The notes below the pieces were generated by a model, which searched no databases, was not told the origin of the DNA, and saw nothing but the letters and a program-made list of their open reading frames with translations. 64,000 nucleotides of DNA, from contig NC_079164.1 in assembly GCF_947568905.1 (NCBI RefSeq), positions 18,104,001-18,168,000 of the forward strand. Direction: 5' to 3'. Position numbers and translations under genes: made by a program. This DNA is from Ostrea edulis (taxonomy: Eukaryota). Shown one piece after another: positions 58,200 to 64,000 of this stretch (position 1 is its first letter; each line of letters opens with the position of its first letter).

Positions 58200-58975
58200 A
58201 GATAGTTTATACATGTATATATGCTATTTCGAATGCAACAACTATCTATATAGCTCGAAATACAGTGGTGTGTCTCTTTCAATTTCATGATTCTCTTAGC
58301 GCTTCAATTTTTTAAAATTCAAAATCGGCTATATATAATCTTCCATCTCCAACATTTCCAATCATAGTATTTTGTTTTATCCAATCAGTTTATTCCATGT
58401 CAAATTGAATATTAACTTATTAAAGTATTTTTAAATACAATCTCCGTCTCATAATCCAAAATACTATCCAAATAATGTTAATTTTTTTTCCAAAATTCAA
58501 ATACGTTGTCTATATTGTGATAGGACTTTCATCCAATTTTTGTTATAGCATTCTATTTTGTCATGACCATTGTAAATAACTAAGCATTTTAATGTTCCAT
58601 TCCTATTAAATCTGTAAAAAGATCTTGTGAAGGACCCACAAGAATGCATTCTTTTTTAATTAATGTTTATCTTAGAGCCTGCGTGAATGCAAAATTGTTT
58701 ATTGTAAATAAAGCCTGATTAAGTTATTCTATATCTTTTAAACTTGGAGACATATCGTCAGCATGTTGTATATTTGAACTTCCTTTTCCCTGTAGTCTGC
58801 TTGGAAGCCTTTTAACATAATTATAACTTAAATTTTAATTTTCAAAGATAGAATTTCAGAGATTGGACATCCATGTCTTAATCCTCTTTCAAATTCACAT
58901 GTCTTTGATATCCACCTATTATTTTTAAAAATAAAAGTGGGTTATAGCATAATATTTTTATCGGTTTTAGAAGAC
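58200..58975 (-). mobile_element. Degenerate Tx1/L1-clade reverse transcriptase fragment
   Basis: Minus-strand peptides WISKTCEFERGLRHGCPIS, IQHADDMS and LKCLVIYNGHDKIECYNKNW...KKLTLFG. Confidence 0.75.
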
Positions 58976-59990
58976 TTGGTCTAAAGTTTTCAATTGGAAG
59001 TTCCACTCTACTAAGTCAAATTCCTGTTCGAAGTCTTACATTTACTGGATCAAGCGATGAACATGCATCTCTGTAAGGGGTTTCGTGATCCAAATCAGGT
59101 CACCTGATAGATGCGTTGGTTAAATTTTACGCACTTCCGATGGAATCCAAGCACAGAAAAAAATCTAATGTATTGACAAAATACTTTGTGTGTAATAATG
59201 CATTGCCTGGTCGAGCATTTTCTAAGAAATTGCTGTAATATATTCAATAATGACAAATCCCAATTCTAGAATGGGTATGGTAAATGAAGGATTTAAATTT
59301 TTGCCCATTCTCATTCCAATGGATGTTCCATGTTTCTTCGAAGTTTCTGATAGATAGCTAAGTTCAAAAGAACTTCGGCTGTATCAGACTCTTTCTAGAC
59401 TACTGATACCGCTTCTGGTGTTTCCAAGGGTTCCATCATGTTTCGTCCGATCTCGATTTTGTATTCTTTATAGAAGTTATAAATTTGATCACTGTTTACT
59501 ATTTTTATGCATGGGATGTCCACTGGCAACAATAGAATATTGCAGTTTTGGAGTTACATATACATTGTAAACAGTGTATACTATAATATTCAATACTAAT
59601 TGGTCGAAAAAACTTTCATTTTGCATTAAGACTGATGAAAGATATGAATCAAAGGTAGATACAAACATCTCAGTACAAACATTATGTAATTGCTCCGACG
59701 ATTTGTGTCAACCTTTTTGATATTCAACATTTATTTCATCGCGAAATATTTGATTACAAAATTTCTTAGGTGATTATCTTTCTCGATACAGCAGTTCCTA
59801 TATTCAATCTCTAGACATTGCCGTCCTCCATATGCAAATTAACAACGGTCAGGCAAGGATTTCGACAGCATTCATAAATTTATCAAATTATATGTCGGTC
59901 ACTTAAACTAAAACTGTGACCGATTAACCATTAAAGGAGCTAATTGATTTAGAATTTTACTGACAAATTACGAAAATGATAATCATATAT

Positions 59991-60190
59991 AGGATTATCT
60001 CCCTCATGCATAGCTCTTATCCTTTGACGAATTTGACTCCACTTTTTGGCTCTCTGTTTTCCCCATAAATAGCTCTAGCAAGGTTATCGTTATTTCGGAT
60101 TTCAAACATTTCGGTTGAGCATCACTGAAGAGACATTATTTGTCGAAATGCGCATCTGGTGCATCAAAATTGGTACCGTATAAGTTTTTA
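59991..60190 (+). mobile_element. Hammerhead-containing retrozyme/PLE pLTR-like repeat, copy 2
   Basis: Paralogous to 56037-56240; ends about 50 nt beyond the stop codon of GNAT paralog B. Confidence 0.65.
60115..60167 (+). ncRNA. Minimal type I hammerhead ribozyme, copy 2 (intact)
   Basis: Helix I TTGA-GCATCA / TGGTGC-A-TCAA; CTGAAGA 60125-31; stem II GACA-ttatt-TGTC with the conserved G10.1-C11.1 pair; GAAA 60145-48; palindromic helix III ATGCGCAT; predicted cleavage 3' of C60156. Confidence 0.85.
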
Positions 60191-60243
60191 CATATAGATA
60201 GTGTGCATGGTTAAAGTTTGACCTCTTCACTAGTGATTATTTC

Positions 60244-63200
60244 TCATTGTTTCGTTTTGTCTTTCTCATACATAAACCAGCTGAAGACAGATTCAGGGTC
60301 TGCATCACATTGTTCGTATCCAACATTTTTGTGCATCACGATTGAAGCCGTGTTGTCTGCTACAATAGCGGAGTATACGAAGTCGTGTTTCTGCAGGAGT
60401 TTCTCCGACAAAAGAGAGACTACTGCACTGCCCAGTTTCTTTCTACGATACTCTGGTAAGACGTGGATCATCCCAATGGCTCCGTAATGCTGTTCAAAAC
60501 CCCAGGCCACAAGATCTCCTTTCTCATTGAGTATACACACGGATTCCAGAGACGTAGCAATGGGTGTAAAATACTCCCTGGCATCACTAAAAACGTCCTT
60601 GTACTCCCAGTGACTCAGAATTAACTCCATATACTCCTCCGAAATGGTAGATACGGTAAAGGGAGTTGGAACTTCACTATAATGAATGTCAAAGAAAACG
60701 TGGTGAACAAGACGTTGATAACAAAAGCTTTAAAATGACCTATTGGAGATGAGAAAGTTTCAGTATTTAGCTTACGTTTTCTTTAAGGTTTCCCTCGACA
60801 CTCGGTATGCGTTGTTAGTGTAAGCTAGATGTACTGATGAGGTTGTAGTATCTTGGATTTTCTTCGATCCACCTGTACAGCACAAAAGAGTAGATATCTA
60901 TATATCAACAATTAAGGTAATGATATAACGTATGAAATGGGCCGTTGATGTTTGCGTATGCCTTTCTAACGACTATCGTACTTTACATATACTTGGAATA
61001 CAACGTTATAAGAAATGAAAACATGTCGAATGAGATATATTGAACAAAAAAGAAAGGTATAGGTCTTTGTGGCTAATATTTTCCACTTGTATAACAGTTT
61101 GAAAGACAAAATGTCCTATATAATTGACCTTAGCTACAGTCTATTGTTATAAAATAAGCGTAATTATTCAAGCGTGGCTATTTTAAACTGCAATTGAGTG
61201 CATAAGAAATCTTAACCGCGTGGATTTGTACATTTTTAGTTTATAAAACGTCTATCATTAAAGGGGAAGGCAACCCCAAAACAAATTACATGATAAGTGA
61301 TACGATTAATTCTATGATAACAATTTGTTATGCTATTTTGCTGATATACGGCCGAGATAAGCTTCAGTAGTAATTTGAAAACGTTAAAAATTGAAAATCC
61401 CGCCATCTATAGAGGCTGCCATGATGTGGAACTCTTTTGTATTCAAGACCACAAAATTCAATAATTTTGACATCACACCGTATGTTCCGGTTTTGATGAG
61501 ATTCTAAGATCATCAACGATGTGCGTGTGGTAGATTTTACGAATAAATAGGTTGATTCCTTCCTGTCAAGCTGTTAATTGCACTAATGTGATGGGGAGAT
61601 TTGAAGGGAAAAAAATCGAAATTCCTGACCCAACCAAGTCATCTGAAAAGAAAAGACTATGTAAACTGTGGATCCATCATTTGCGTGATGGCAAGTTGAG
61701 GTTCAGGACTTTTGTATGAAGAAAGGTGTACCGTCTTATTGGTCTGCAACTCAACTTTTTTTAATTTCTTCTTGCGAAAGAACAGGCTCAAATCTATACG
61801 GCTCCAAACTTAACTGTTCGTGACTTGTCTTGTATACAGTGCTGCTGATAAAATAAACCGGAACCGACGGTGTGACGTCATAAATTAAACTTCAATGGCC
61901 GCTCTCTAGCGGCGGGTGATTTAAAAGATATAAATTGATATTGATTTAATCGTTAAGCAAGGATTTTTGTTGTTAAAGACTGTCATTTACGATATCAGGA
62001 AGTAATACTTTATTCATAAAAGCAACAGTGTGATTAGGGTTGCCTTTCCCTTTGATATTTTAAAGAAAATCAGATTATTTCCGATATTTTTCTAAATGTC
62101 ACGACTATCCAAAGATCCATAGGGATGCTCCAAGCAGGCATGTCACAGGAGAAATTGTCCAAGTTAACTTTCTTACAAGTATATCAAACTCTAAGGTAAA
62201 GGTAAAGATCTTTGGTAAGAAAATAATCGTCTCATCACAAGGAATGCACAAATGAAATACGAAAGCCATATCTCAAAACTAGTCAAAAGTTATGAAACAG
62301 GTTAAACTTTTGAAATTTGGGCAAACTTCAAAGTCAAGCATAAGGTCAAAGATAATGGTGTCAATAAAATAATGTCTTGTCATAAGAAATTCATATAATA
62401 CAAAATATGAACGCTTTACCACAAAAGTTCTTGAGGTATTGCCAGATTAACTTTTCTTAAAAGCAGTTCAAACTCCAAGTTGGAGGTCACGAGGTCAAAA
62501 AGTACCAAACGAAAGGATCTGTCACAAGAAATACACATATGAAATATGAGAGCTTAAGTATCTCTCACCATTCAAAAGTTATATACAAGTTTAAAGTTTG
62601 GTACAGAATGACTGACGGGACAAAAACAATTTGACCCCTATCATCGATTTCGGGAGCATAAATATTCAGTCAATATTTTGAAACGGACTTCGAATTCGAT
62701 GTAATATAAGATCTTGGAAACTTTGATTACATACAGAACATTTTGATCTGTTTACACCGGGTAGTCAAACTAAATACAAGGAAACGTACAACACCCGGCT
62801 CCCGAAATGTTCGACGCATCTACATCACGTGACATAGAAATGATTTCCACCATTCTCTTTGGTCCACCTGTAAATTGAAATTACATCATCAATTTACAAT
62901 CTCCAAAGCATCACACTAAGGATTCTTCGGTAAGCTAACATGCTATATTCCTATTTAACATTGTACACAGGGAGTGCCCTACTCGCCCATGGAGCTGATC
63001 CACAAAGCGTAATGCATTCTAATTCACTCCCTAGTTTTAAACATAATAAATAGCAAGGCAGCAAACAATAAACATGAAATTATATGTTGTATAGATACGT
63101 ATGTTTTTAGCTGTAGTACTAAACCATCTCATGCAAAATTTCATTTGTCCAGAGAAGGGATTGGTCAGGCTGTCACGAAAATTGAAAATTTGACACGGGA

Positions 63201-63868
63201 CTTCCGTTTTTTTCCAGGTCAGATTCAAAAGACCCATGATTAATGCCTCGGACCATGGCTTTTAGAAGAAACAAAATTAGCAATCAAACCTACCACTGTA
63301 AAACCATTTATAAAACATCAATTTTCATTTGCATTTCAATTTATTGTGATCTATTTTACCAAAAAGAAGAATGTCAGACGGAGACTCTTGAAGGACGTGA
63401 CAAATCATGCGATGTAAAGCGACACTATACTCCTCCCTCCGACAGAAACCGTTTACTCTGTGTGGGGAGACGTCGTCAGCCTGAAATGTTTTTTGTTTTT
63501 TTTTTTAATTCTAGTGATCATCTCTAAAATAGCATTACTTAGCACTCAATAAGGTAAATATGCAAGTTAACAAAAGTACACATTTTGTCCAAAACTCGTC
63601 AATGTTTGTACGATCTAAAGAAATGGTGTCAAATTGCTTATATGCAGATATAATAACATTGCTAGCCATGCATTGATAGAATAAAAGGCACTTATAGGAC
63701 GTCACCAGTGAACCTCTCGTATGTACATATATAAATATAATCTTACATATAACAACATACCAGGTTTTCGACTTCTAAAACACAATCAAACTCTGGCCAT
63801 TTGTCGACACAGATGTACTTAAATTTTGGGATGAGATTTCTGTGGGATAACATCAATGGATAATACAC
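60244..63868 (-). CDS. Glycine N-acyltransferase-like GNAT protein, paralog B (first exon beyond the window end)
   Basis: Exons 63868-63761, 63480-63360, 62867-62790, 60872-60776, 60676-60244. Same lengths and phases as paralog A except one exon 6 nt longer; no stops. Confidence 0.88.
61262..62051. mobile_element. 790-bp Kolobok-like MITE in an intron of paralog B
   Basis: TTAA|aggggaaggcaacccc ... agggttgcctttccct|TTGA (14/16 TIR). Confidence 0.6.
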
Positions 63869-64000
63869 CTGTATAGAAAATATAAAACCATGCAATTCAG
63901 TGAAGTCTTTTCAATTCCTAAGGGTAGGACGTTAACATATTCACATCGTGATTATTTCAAACAACGAAAAAGAAATGAATGGATGAATAGGTAAATACTC

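Overview
AT-rich, intron-rich eukaryotic genomic DNA, most likely from an oyster-like bivalve. That assignment is inferred from the repeat families and gene types, not proven. Five genes can be assembled exon by exon with consistent GT-AG phases. (1) SPRING1/C12orf49 ortholog: + strand, 5 exons, 1053-8994, 208 aa. (2) An unnamed 27-exon gene of about 1414 aa (+, 9182-34020), starting only 187 nt after the SPRING1 stop. It encodes a divergent TBC/Rab-GAP-like domain lacking both catalytic fingers, followed by several C2-like beta-sandwich regions. (3) A single-exon B-box2 + coiled-coil TRIM-like ORF (-). (4, 5) Two tandem glycine-N-acyltransferase-like (GNAT) paralogs (-); the second runs off the window. 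The rest is nested transposons (mariner, L2 and Tx1 LINE relics, Penelope-like 3' ends, Helentron-type HINEs, MULE-, Kolobok-, pogo- and hAT-like non-autonomous elements) and five minisatellites. The most notable observations are two copies of a minimal type I hammerhead ribozyme in a retrozyme-like repeat; a 30-bp minisatellite that tandemly amplifies an exon/5'-splice-site junction in frame; the tight SPRING1 / TBC-C2 gene coupling with no intervening polyA signal; and the pseudo-GAP multi-C2 protein itself. No CRISPR array, rRNA or functional tRNA was found.
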